A DNA stretch of 64,000 nucleotides, from the IMG/VR virus record IMGVR_UViG_3300010938_000951, positions 1-64,000 of that record; one strand, 5' to 3'. The notes beneath the pieces were generated by a model. That model was not told the origin of the DNA. It did no database searches and saw nothing but the letters and a program-made list of their open reading frames with translations. The first letter of the stretch is position 1. Each line of letters starts with the position of its first letter. Shown piece by piece: positions 45,864 to 53,412 of the stretch. The translations under genes and the position numbers were made by a program.

Positions 45864-45866
45864 AAA

Positions 45867-45943
45867 GAATCGTCTAGCTCAATGGTAGAGCTACGTCACT
45901 AGTGACGACGTGGATCTGGGTTCGAATCCCAGGATGATTCCCA
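45867..45943 (+). tRNA. His-like tRNA (G-1:C73) with 9-nt anticodon loop
   Basis: GAATCGTC/GATGATTC-CCA; ACGTC-ACTAGTGAC-GACGT. Confidence 0.7.
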
Positions 45944-45945
45944 GC

Positions 45946-46097
45946 GAAGCAAATGCCCCGAAGGTTTACATTTGAGAAACTGTATTATCGCAAGATAGTC
46001 GTGGGTTCGAATCCCACATCACCGCAAGGTGATTGGCTGAGTGGTCTAAAGCGACAGTGCCGCAAGGCATGCTAACTTTCAAATTTTTTGTTGCTTC
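45946..46097 (+). ncRNA. Y-like scaffold RNA 8 (YrlA-like, permuted class II tRNA)
   Basis: GAAGCAA/TTGCTTC; variable arm, GTGGG-TTCGAAT-CCCAC, acceptor ATCACC-GCAA-GGTGAT, D arm. Confidence 0.85.
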
Positions 46098-46098
46098 A

Positions 46099-46228
46099 TC
46101 TCCCGCTAGTTTAAAACGAAACACCTGTTATAGAGGACGTATACTTCAATCTATGAGGGGTTAGTAGTCCAGAAGAATACCTTCCAGTGAGGAAGGAGAT
46201 GCGAGTGCAAGTCTCGCAAGGGAGACCA
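46099..46228 (+). ncRNA. tRNA-like RNA with ~55-nt insert between D and anticodon arms
   Basis: TCTCCC/GGGAGA-CCA, CCTTC-CAGTGAG-GAAGG, GCGAG-TGCAAGT-CTCGC. Confidence 0.65.
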
Positions 46229-46232
46229 ATTT

Positions 46233-46559
46233 ATGGAAAAGAAAATTCCAACTATGAAGGATCTCAAAGAAGGTCCGCCATTACTCTGTCCAATTTGTGA
46301 CAGACCAAATTATTTTCCATCCGACCATCATATGGTACCAAAGTCTAGGGGCGGTAAAACTACCGAAACTATTTGTGAAGATTGCCATAAAGCAATTCAT
46401 GCGCATTTCACCAATAAAGAATTAGAAGAAACGTATCATACGCCAGAAGCTTTGCTATCTCATGAGGGGTTTGCAAAACAGATTAAATTCCTTTCTAAAC
46501 AGGATCCTGGTGGCCGAACCAAAACGAAAAAGAATAAAGATCGTTTGAGGCGAGAATGA
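46233..46559 (+). CDS. small HNH nuclease-like protein
   Basis: CPIC..HHMVPKSRGG..CEDCHKAIH. Confidence 0.8.
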   Translation: MEKKIPTMKDLKEGPPLLCPICDRPNYFPSDHHMVPKSRGGKTTETICEDCHKAIHAHFTNKELEETYHTPEALLSHEGFAKQIKFLSKQDPGGRTKTKKNKDRLRRE

Positions 46560-46825
46560 GTAGGATTATTGAATTAGTAAAAGCTGGCGCCAAGATTCAA
46601 CAAGAAATTGTTGATGAATTAGTAGTTGATGTCTTAAAAGACGTCGAATTACATCACGAAGAACTTGACATAGCTTTGTCGTTAGATTTTGATAAAATAA
46701 AAGATCCAAATGATAAAGATTTAGCCATTTATCTGGCATTGGATGCTATACGTGATGCGAGAGAAACATTATCTATAATGAAGAAGTTATTAAGAGCCAG
46801 CGAGCTTTTAGATCGTATCGGGTGA
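46556..46825 (+). CDS. hypothetical protein
   Basis: ATGA overlap. Confidence 0.55.
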   Translation: MSRIIELVKAGAKIQQEIVDELVVDVLKDVELHHEELDIALSLDFDKIKDPNDKDLAIYLALDAIRDARETLSIMKKLLRASELLDRIG

Positions 46826-46828
46826 TTT

Positions 46829-47020
46829 ATGGAAGAGAAGAAAGATTTTTGTGAAAAGTGTCAAAAAGAAGTTTGGTCGCTGTATTTACATAAACACTGT
46901 CCTGAATGTGACTCAGATCCAAGCCAGCATGAGCTAAGAAATTATGACATGATGTGGCACGAAGGAGACATTCATTGTGGTAAGTGCGGAACATTTGTTA
47001 GATATTATGACGCCGGCTAA
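46829..47020 (+). CDS. small zinc-finger protein
   Basis: three CxxC pairs. Confidence 0.55.
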   Translation: MEEKKDFCEKCQKEVWSLYLHKHCPECDSDPSQHELRNYDMMWHEGDIHCGKCGTFVRYYDAG

Positions 47021-47086
47021 TCGTTCGATATATCTATTACAACCTGCGTGAGCCCTAGTGGCCACGGTCGAATTAAAGGTGGTAAT

Positions 47087-47674
47087 ATGAATAAAATTCA
47101 AAGATTGCAAATGAGGGGCGTGAGGCTCACGTCCGAGGCAGACTGGGAGAAAGTTATAATTTCCCCTGAAGAGGTAGAAGAAGGCATTAGGCTCGGTACG
47201 CTGCAAGAGATGGAGTCCGCAAAACTGGGATTAAAAGATCGATCATTCTCCGGAGATGAAGGAGATTCGTTAGCAAGGTCAATCGCAGCCAAACAGTTCG
47301 AATTTGCAATTAGACGATGGGGTGGTGGTACTGCTCGCATTGTGCAAATTAATGAGTTCCATGACTTCCCGGACGTTGGGAAAGTGAATGCTCGATATAC
47401 ATTCAACACTGGTTACGGGATGATTATTACCAACCGTGATCAGGGTAAAGTACCAATGATCTTGGGAACGGGTAAATGTCCTGAGTTTTATTTAATGGGA
47501 TGGTTTATTCCAGATTATGCAAAACAAATTATTTTTAAAGTCCACCAAAAACGCAATGAAGATTGTGAAACCGATTTTGGTTTCTTGCAGGAAATGAAAG
47601 ACCACGAATGTTGTCAGCTTAATATGCAAATGCTTTTTCCTATGTGGTCTTTCAATAAAGAACTACTAAAATGA
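47087..47674 (+). CDS. hypothetical protein
   Basis: AAGGTGG RBS before ATG. Confidence 0.65.
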   Translation: MNKIQRLQMRGVRLTSEADWEKVIISPEEVEEGIRLGTLQEMESAKLGLKDRSFSGDEGDSLARSIAAKQFEFAIRRWGGGTARIVQINEFHDFPDVGKVNARYTFNTGYGMIITNRDQGKVPMILGTGKCPEFYLMGWFIPDYAKQIIFKVHQKRNEDCETDFGFLQEMKDHECCQLNMQMLFPMWSFNKELLK

Positions 47675-47796
47675 TATAAGTTTAGGAAGCAAAACAAAGT
47701 ACCTGCTGTTCAAGGGAAAGTTTTGATGAGGAGAGCCGGAACAGGGCAATCCTAAGTTAGGGGTGGACTCAACATCCAACCGCCGCTTCCGCTTAT

Positions 47797-47873
47797 GGGC
47801 TCTTAGTGTTAACGGTAGCACACCTGACTCTTAATCAGGCAAGTCCTCGGTTCGAATCCGGGAGAGCCCACCA
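47797..47873 (+). tRNA. tRNA-Lys(CTT)
   Basis: loop CTCTTAA, CCA. Confidence 0.9.
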
Positions 47874-48104
47874 GATGTATCACAAATGGGAATTCGGGAA
47901 AGGTCCCGCATATAGAATTGGTTTTCAATTCCTACATGTATGGTGGTCATTTACTTCCAAATGTTTTGGAATTAATTTAGGCTCGCGTTATAGAATTTTT
48001 ATTCAGCGCCTTGCTTTTCCAAACTCAAAACCTTATGTTAGGTTTGAGTTTCATCTTCCCAATAAGAAGATGCCAAATCATCCGAAGTGTTACAGTTTTG
48101 AAAT

Positions 48105-48182
48105 GGGTTCGTAGTATAATTGGATTATTACCTCTCCCTCTTAAGGAGCACGATGCGGGTTCGAGTCCCGCTGAACCCACCA
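48105..48182 (+). tRNA. tRNA-Lys(CTT)
   Basis: loop CTCTTAA, CCA. Confidence 0.82.
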
Positions 48183-48195
48183 ATACGAGGTAAGT

Positions 48196-48396
48196 ATGAC
48201 TCGCAATGAAATCAAAGATTTGATCATGGTAATTCTTGGTCAAGCCGATTATGATCTGATGAAAGCATATGATCCAGAAACGGCTGAAGAACCCGAGTAT
48301 GCCGAATCAGAAATGGAAAGATTAATCGATACAGTAGTGGAACATCTCAAAAAGTTAGAAAAGAAAAAGACTAAGAAGGTAAAGAAAAAGAAGTAA
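48196..48396 (+). CDS. hypothetical protein
   Basis: GAGGT RBS. Confidence 0.55.
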   Translation: MTRNEIKDLIMVILGQADYDLMKAYDPETAEEPEYAESEMERLIDTVVEHLKKLEKKKTKKVKKKK

Positions 48397-48397
48397 T

Positions 48398-48471
48398 GGG
48401 TTTATAATTCAATGGCAGAATAGCGGTCTTTTAAACCGTCCATCAGGGTTCGATTCCCTGTGAACCTACCA
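48398..48471 (+). tRNA. tRNA-Lys(TTT)
   Basis: loop CTTTTAA, CCA. Confidence 0.9.
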
Positions 48472-48493
48472 CATGCATGATATATTAAAAGTC

Positions 48494-48949
48494 ATGCCAG
48501 ATCAAAGTTTCAAAGTTTGTAGTATTTGTGGTGAAGATAAGCATATTCACTTGTTTAATAATAGGGCTCGTAGTCCTGATGGTAAACAAGTATTTTGTCG
48601 TCAATGCGGCAAAGAAAAATCTAGAAAATATTATCGCGACAATCAATCACATCATAAAAGTGTAGTCTATTCTAGAAAGATAGATCATATACAAAAATCA
48701 AAAGAGTTTGTTCTTTCATTTTTAAAGGAACATTCTTGTATAGATTGCGGAGAACGAGATCCTGTTGTTCTGGATTTTGATCATGTTAGAGGCGAGAAAT
48801 ATCGCAATATTTCTCAGATGGTACATAGAGGAAATTCTTTAGAGAAGATTAAATTAGAAATAGAGAAATGTGAAGTACGATGTGCTAATTGTCATCGCAG
48901 AAAAACTGCAAAGGAATTAGAGTATTTTACATATATTATGGGGTCATAG
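48494..48949 (+). CDS. HNH endonuclease
   Basis: CSIC/CRQC N-terminal finger; CIDCG..LDFDH..CANCHR. Confidence 0.85.
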   Translation: MPDQSFKVCSICGEDKHIHLFNNRARSPDGKQVFCRQCGKEKSRKYYRDNQSHHKSVVYSRKIDHIQKSKEFVLSFLKEHSCIDCGERDPVVLDFDHVRGEKYRNISQMVHRGNSLEKIKLEIEKCEVRCANCHRRKTAKELEYFTYIMGS

Positions 48950-49015
48950 TGTTAGTGGTAGCATAGTGGACTTTTAATCCATCGGTCTCGGTTCGATTCC
49001 AGAGTGGCCCTACCA
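48940..49015 (+). tRNA. tRNA-Lys(TTT)
   Basis: loop CTTTTAA, CCA. Confidence 0.85.
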
Positions 49016-49036
49016 AGCATAATTAGTAATAGTAAT

Positions 49037-50056
49037 ATGAGAATTATAATGAACCTCATTTTACTTATTGTCTTAATAATATTTATTCCATTTCATGAAT
49101 TAGCTTGTATTAATTCAAATATATCTCCAACAATACAGCAACCTATTCCTTCTAGAATAGAAAAATCTAAAGTGGTTCTAATTACTTTGGATGGTGTAAG
49201 ATGGCAAGAGATTTTCAACGGAACTGATCCTCTTCTCTATCATGGAAAAAAGATATCAGCCCGCGACTTACTTCCCAATATTTATTATCAGTTTGTTGAT
49301 AGGGGCATGGTGGTTGGTAAGGATTCAACATTTGTAGCTACTGGTCCGAACCATATTTCTTTGCCGGGGTATCTTGAAATTATGAGAGGGCATCCATCTT
49401 CTGATTGTCAAGATAATGATTGTGAGCCCCGTCTGCAAGAAAATACTATCGCTGACTTATTTGACAAGTCAGCAATTTTTGCTTCTTGGGATACTATTAG
49501 AAAAACAGTTGGTAAAAATACAGATAAGTTTGTAGTTAACTGTGGCCGTAATTTTCGTTCTACTGGCTGGAAACAAGCCGAACTAGATGATAATCAAACT
49601 TTTCCAGAAGTATGGGGAGATCCAATTTATAGACCAGACGATCTCACAGAGAAAGCTGCTATAGATTATTTACAGTATTATAGCCCAGATTTCTTTTGGG
49701 TTTCTCTGGGGGATACTGATGAGTGGGCTCATTATGGAGACTATGATAAATATTTAGAATCTTTACAACAGGCTGATAAGTTTATAGGTATGGTTGTGGA
49801 GATGGTGAAATCTGGCGAAGATGGTCAAGATTTTACATTTATAGTTACAGCAGATCATGGTCGTGGATTACAATGGCAATCACATGGCTGGGATAGAGAA
49901 TCCGCCAGAGATTGGGTGATGATGGCGGGAAGAAAGATACCGGCACAAGGTTTCGTATCTTATCCTACCAAAAAATCTCTCTCAAATATTTTTCCTACCG
50001 TTAAGCATTTAGTAACTGGAGTTCATACTAAGAATTCTTTATTATCTAAGGATTGA
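49037..50056 (+). CDS. alkaline phosphatase superfamily protein
   Basis: ITLDGVRWQE, SLPGY, DTDEWAH, TADHGRG. Confidence 0.85.
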   Translation: MRIIMNLILLIVLIIFIPFHELACINSNISPTIQQPIPSRIEKSKVVLITLDGVRWQEIFNGTDPLLYHGKKISARDLLPNIYYQFVDRGMVVGKDSTFVATGPNHISLPGYLEIMRGHPSSDCQDNDCEPRLQENTIADLFDKSAIFASWDTIRKTVGKNTDKFVVNCGRNFRSTGWKQAELDDNQTFPEVWGDPIYRPDDLTEKAAIDYLQYYSPDFFWVSLGDTDEWAHYGDYDKYLESLQQADKFIGMVVEMVKSGEDGQDFTFIVTADHGRGLQWQSHGWDRESARDWVMMAGRKIPAQGFVSYPTKKSLSNIFPTVKHLVTGVHTKNSLLSKD

Positions 50057-50057
50057 G

Positions 50058-50606
50058 ATGAAGACTACTATTATCAATTTGTATGGTGGACCTGGTGCAG
50101 GAAAATCCACCTCAGCCTCATATTTGTATTATCTGTTAAAATGTCAACAAGAAAACGTTGAATTAGTTCGTGAATACGTTAAGAATTGGGCATGGGAAAA
50201 CCGACCATTCGGAGTGTATGATGAACTATATTTTCTAGGTAAACAAGTAAGACATGAAAGTATGCTTTTTGGTAAAGTCAAATACATTGTTACTGATGCT
50301 CCGGTGTATATGACAGCCTACTATGCTGATCTTTATTGTAGCAAAGTATTTGCCCAAGGAATTGAGAAAGCTGCTACTGCCTTTTATCAACAAGCTAAAG
50401 ATGATGGACATAATCATGTTCATGTTTATTTAAAACGCTTGCGTCCTTATCAAGCCGAAGGGCGCTATCAATCTGAGCAGGAAGCCTTGTCAGTTGATGA
50501 CGGTGTGCTTAAGATGTTGGCAAGACTGGATGTTCCAGTTATTCATGCCGCTCCTGATGAAGAAGATTTAAAAAGAGTTTTAGAGGATATTCGCAAAGGA
50601 CAATAA
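50058..50606 (+). CDS. NadR-like P-loop kinase/ATPase
   Basis: INLYGGPGAGKST, VREY, IVTD, GRYQ. Confidence 0.8.
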   Translation: MKTTIINLYGGPGAGKSTSASYLYYLLKCQQENVELVREYVKNWAWENRPFGVYDELYFLGKQVRHESMLFGKVKYIVTDAPVYMTAYYADLYCSKVFAQGIEKAATAFYQQAKDDGHNHVHVYLKRLRPYQAEGRYQSEQEALSVDDGVLKMLARLDVPVIHAAPDEEDLKRVLEDIRKGQ

Positions 50607-50607
50607 T

Positions 50608-51021
50608 ATGGTTGAAACTTTCAAAGACCTTGTCGGTGAGGATGTAAAAACTCCTGAAGACATTGATGCTAAACTTAAAGAAAAGCTTGGCATTGGACTT
50701 CAAGAAATGTCATATGCGCTTTGCGATTCATTAAGGCAAAGAGCCGAAGAGGTAGCAGAAGATTGCTATAGTGTTGCTCCTTATGGAGACTATAGTAAAA
50801 TGATTGAAGATCCAGAAGGGGTAGCGAAATTTTTCAGAGATGAAGCTTCAAAGCCCGAGCATTGGAAATTAGAATATCTAGAAGTTCGAAAGAAAGGCGA
50901 TCAGCTCATCGAATTTGTTTTTACTAACTCAGCAGTAGATGATGGCGACATTCTCAAAGGTTTTGTTTTCGTAGGGTTTAGTGGAACCATACGACATGCT
51001 TTTTGTCAGGTTCACACATGA
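50608..51021 (+). CDS. hypothetical protein
   Basis: AAGGA RBS. Confidence 0.6.
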   Translation: MVETFKDLVGEDVKTPEDIDAKLKEKLGIGLQEMSYALCDSLRQRAEEVAEDCYSVAPYGDYSKMIEDPEGVAKFFRDEASKPEHWKLEYLEVRKKGDQLIEFVFTNSAVDDGDILKGFVFVGFSGTIRHAFCQVHT

Positions 51022-51030
51022 AAAAAATCA

Positions 51031-51246
51031 TTGACCATTGAAGAGAGGGTGGATATCCTACTTCGTGAAGGAGTAGATAAACCCAAGAAGTGGGCGGCTG
51101 TTCATGGATATGATGAACCTACTTGGGGAACAAACGATTCTCATGGTTGGGCCAAAGAATATAAAAAGCTTCGTGAACATCATCTTGAAGAAACTAAATT
51201 TCTTTTTGAGGTGATTGGGGAATTAGTAAAGAGAATTAACAAATGA
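51031..51246 (+). CDS. hypothetical protein
   Basis: short ORF with TTG start. Confidence 0.45.
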   Translation: MTIEERVDILLREGVDKPKKWAAVHGYDEPTWGTNDSHGWAKEYKKLREHHLEETKFLFEVIGELVKRINK

Positions 51247-51473
51247 AAAAGATTCTTTTATTATGTTTAGTTTTGTTTGCTTGTGATGAAGAGACTCGTA
51301 AGCAATGGAATCCAACTCCACAAGAGAGTGCGCAAGGAATTCGTTATGTTAAAGATAATCGCACTGGATTATGCTTTGTTTACAATAACATAGGCATGTC
51401 TGCTCAAGGTGGTGGAGGCGATGTATATACTAATGTACCTTGTACTCCAGAAGTAGAGAAGCTAATAAAGTGA
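51243..51473 (+). CDS. small lipoprotein
   Basis: MKKILLLCLVLFAC lipobox. Confidence 0.65.
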   Translation: MKKILLLCLVLFACDEETRKQWNPTPQESAQGIRYVKDNRTGLCFVYNNIGMSAQGGGGDVYTNVPCTPEVEKLIK

Positions 51474-51521
51474 TATATAATAAGTAAGTTGTAAGTCCAA
51501 CTTTTTAAATGGAGAAACAAT

Positions 51522-51623
51522 ATGCTTTCTACTTTGACTTTTGTTATGGTAGCTTGTTTATTCGCAAACCTCGCCTATGAAAAGGGCGGAAAGCTTGTCG
51601 AATTAGTTAAGAGCAAGTTCTAA
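51522..51623 (+). CDS. 33-aa membrane peptide
   Basis: GGAG RBS, hydrophobic, followed by hairpin. Confidence 0.5.
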   Translation: MLSTLTFVMVACLFANLAYEKGGKLVELVKSKF

Positions 51624-51685
51624 TACCTTAATAGAAGGTGGACTTGATTGGGCGCCTTCTATCTAATTAAAAAAATTTGACAGGC

Positions 51686-51713
51686 TTGACGTCTGGTAAT
51701 AAAGTGTTATAAT
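51686..51713 (+). promoter_or_regulatory. sigma70-like promoter
   Basis: TTGACG-N16-TATAAT, 12 nt before tRNA-Ala. Confidence 0.75.
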
Positions 51714-51725
51714 AGTAAGCGTTAT

Positions 51726-51801
51726 GGGGCTGTAGCTCAGTTGGGAGAGCGTCTCGTTTGCACCGAGAAGGTCAGGGGTTTGAATCCCCTCAGCTCCACC
51801 A
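51726..51801 (+). tRNA. tRNA-Ala(TGC)
   Basis: G3:U70, loop TTTGCAC. Confidence 0.93.
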
Positions 51802-51939
51802 TAACTCACTGGCCGGATACGAAACACAATTCGCGAATGTTTCATTATGTTATCCGGTGTCAGATTGAGTAAAAGTTTGGCGATGTACAACTCGCTACAA
51901 GTCCTGGACATGACTTGGATACGGAAACTGTCCGGTAAT

Positions 51940-52015
51940 GGGGCCTTAGCTCAATTGGGAGAGCGTCACGCTGGCAGTGTGAAGGTCGCGGGTTCGACCC
52001 CCGCAGGCTCCACCA
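51940..52015 (+). tRNA. tRNA-Ala(GGC)
   Basis: G3:U70, loop CTGGCAG. Confidence 0.93.
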
Positions 52016-52018
52016 TAT

Positions 52019-52117
52019 ATCCCGCAATTCGATATAATCTCTGCTGGCTGTCTTATCGCGGCTGAACATAGGTTGGCACGGACAGAGAACAAGGTGCAAT
52101 TCCTTGGCGGGATACCA
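52019..52117 (+). ncRNA. tRNA-like RNA (acceptor, T arm and CCA; non-canonical core)
   Basis: ATCCCGC/GCGGGAT-ACCA; CAAGG-TGCAATT-CCTTG; CTCTG/CAGAG encloses ~40 nt. Confidence 0.65.
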
Positions 52118-52122
52118 AATTA

Positions 52123-52323
52123 ATGAGTAAGATTGATTGGTCAAAACACGAGATAGACATGTGGGGCTACTATTGTGAGTCCTGGTGTAAAGCTTGTGAA
52201 AAAGATCGTCGTGTTTGTGAGAAGTGCGGCCTAAACTATGGGGCTGGCCAATGGCACAGTATAGAGCAATGTGCTAAGGTTATTGCCGATGAAAAGGCAA
52301 AACAACTCTCTTTTCCATTCTAA
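52123..52323 (+). CDS. small Cys-rich protein
   Basis: CxxC motifs. Confidence 0.5.
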   Translation: MSKIDWSKHEIDMWGYYCESWCKACEKDRRVCEKCGLNYGAGQWHSIEQCAKVIADEKAKQLSFPF

Positions 52324-52505
52324 TTTTCGAATTGTTGATATAAACTACGCAACTGATTGTATAGACTTATCCGCATGGATCGCTAGTTAAACTGGCGTTA
52401 CAATTCACCTCTTGGAGAAGGGAGGGCTCATCATGAGCGGTAAAAGTAGTAAAGGCATTAGAGACTAATAAGAAAGAAACGTTTTCCCAACGTTTATCAA
52501 TCCAG

Positions 52506-52859
52506 ATGGCCAAGGTCATTAGAACTTGGGCATTCATCATAGGCCAACTAGTTTTTGTGGTTGGCTGGTTTAGTGGACATCACTTCTTCCCACAGCATTT
52601 ACCTTTCGAGGTATTACAAATCTTACTTCTCACTGAAGGTTGCTGTATTGGATCAGTTTTCTTGATGAATCAGCATCGCGAGCAATCATTGGATCGTCGC
52701 ATTGCAATAAATGATTACATTGTTAATTGTCAGATGAGAAATGATGTGAAAGAATTACTCAAAGACGCCGAAAAGAAAAATAATTTTTGGTGTGTAGGTT
52801 GCGGGGAACCGCGATATAAATGTGCTTGCGAAGAGCAAACGCAACTTCGTCAAAGCTAA
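52506..52859 (+). CDS. membrane protein (DUF1003-like)
   Basis: TWAFII..TM..PF..L...LMNQ.R. Confidence 0.5.
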   Translation: MAKVIRTWAFIIGQLVFVVGWFSGHHFFPQHLPFEVLQILLLTEGCCIGSVFLMNQHREQSLDRRIAINDYIVNCQMRNDVKELLKDAEKKNNFWCVGCGEPRYKCACEEQTQLRQS

Positions 52860-52895
52860 AGTTTCTATGAATATTCAAGTATCATAGATACTCAT

Positions 52896-52969
52896 TCAGG
52901 GATCGTCTAATGGTAGGACCGCGGCCTTTGACTCCGCAGATACAGGTTCGAATCCTGAGCCCTGAGCCA
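52896..52969 (+). tRNA. tRNA-Gln(TTG)
   Basis: loop CTTTGAC, GCCA. Confidence 0.85.
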
Positions 52970-52985
52970 GGTCAGTTAAGTATAC

Positions 52986-53059
52986 TGGAGCATCGTCTAA
53001 CGGCAGGACAACGGACTCTGACCCCGTTTATCTAGGTTCGAATCCTAGTGCTCCAGCCA
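52986..53059 (+). tRNA. tRNA-Gln(CTG)
   Basis: loop CTCTGAC, GCCA. Confidence 0.9.
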
Positions 53060-53063
53060 GTAT

Positions 53064-53137
53064 TCTCCGATCGTCTAATGGTAGGACGGGTCGCTCTGAA
53101 CGATCAAATCGAGGTTCGAATCCTCAGCGGAGAACCA
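53064..53137 (+). tRNA. tRNA-Gln(CTG)
   Basis: loop CTCTGAA, ACCA. Confidence 0.82.
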
Positions 53138-53297
53138 GCAACAAATGCCAGCTAGGATTACATAGCTCGCAACTATTTTCCCCGCCAGCCCGAGAGGGCA
53201 AATAAACTTTTATTTTTTATGTTACTAACACGGGGAAATGTTCAAGTCGGTCTGAAAAACCGATAAGGAACTCTTCTTGGCACCTTTAGTTGTTGCT
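53137..53297 (+). ncRNA. Y-like scaffold RNA 9 (two anticodon-like stem-loops)
   Basis: AGCAACAA/TTGTTGCT, GGATTACAT; ATAG-CTCGCAA-CTAT and TCGGT-CTGAAAA-ACCGA. Confidence 0.7.
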
Positions 53298-53303
53298 AAA
53301 TAT

Positions 53304-53404
53304 AGCAGATTGGAGCAGCGGTAGCTCGCCAGGTTCACAATGGGGCTGATGCCCTATAAGGATACCCTGGAGGTCGTGTGGTTCGATTCCCTCATCTGCA
53401 ACCA
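53304..53404 (+). tRNA. initiator-type tRNA-Met with 25-nt insert in the anticodon
   Basis: 1:72 mismatch, TGGAGCAG..GGTAGCTCG D arm; CCAGG-TTCA[25 nt]TAC-CCTGG. Confidence 0.8.
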
Positions 53405-53412
53405 AAACAATC

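Noticed and set aside
47720-47745. Hammerhead ribozyme (GAAA and TGATGA nearby)
   Set aside because: The core lacks CUGAUGA and the three stems cannot be arranged.
43393-52144. Short ORFs overlapping tRNAs (44604, 44618, 45323, 48011, 48025, 51663, 51847, 51860; 5' parts of 43393, 47806, 49004)
   Set aside because: They translate tRNA sequence or its antisense and lack an RBS.
53338-53362. Group I intron or bulge-helix-bulge intron in tRNA-Met
   Set aside because: 25 nt is too short for a ribozyme, and I cannot build a clear bulge-helix-bulge motif.
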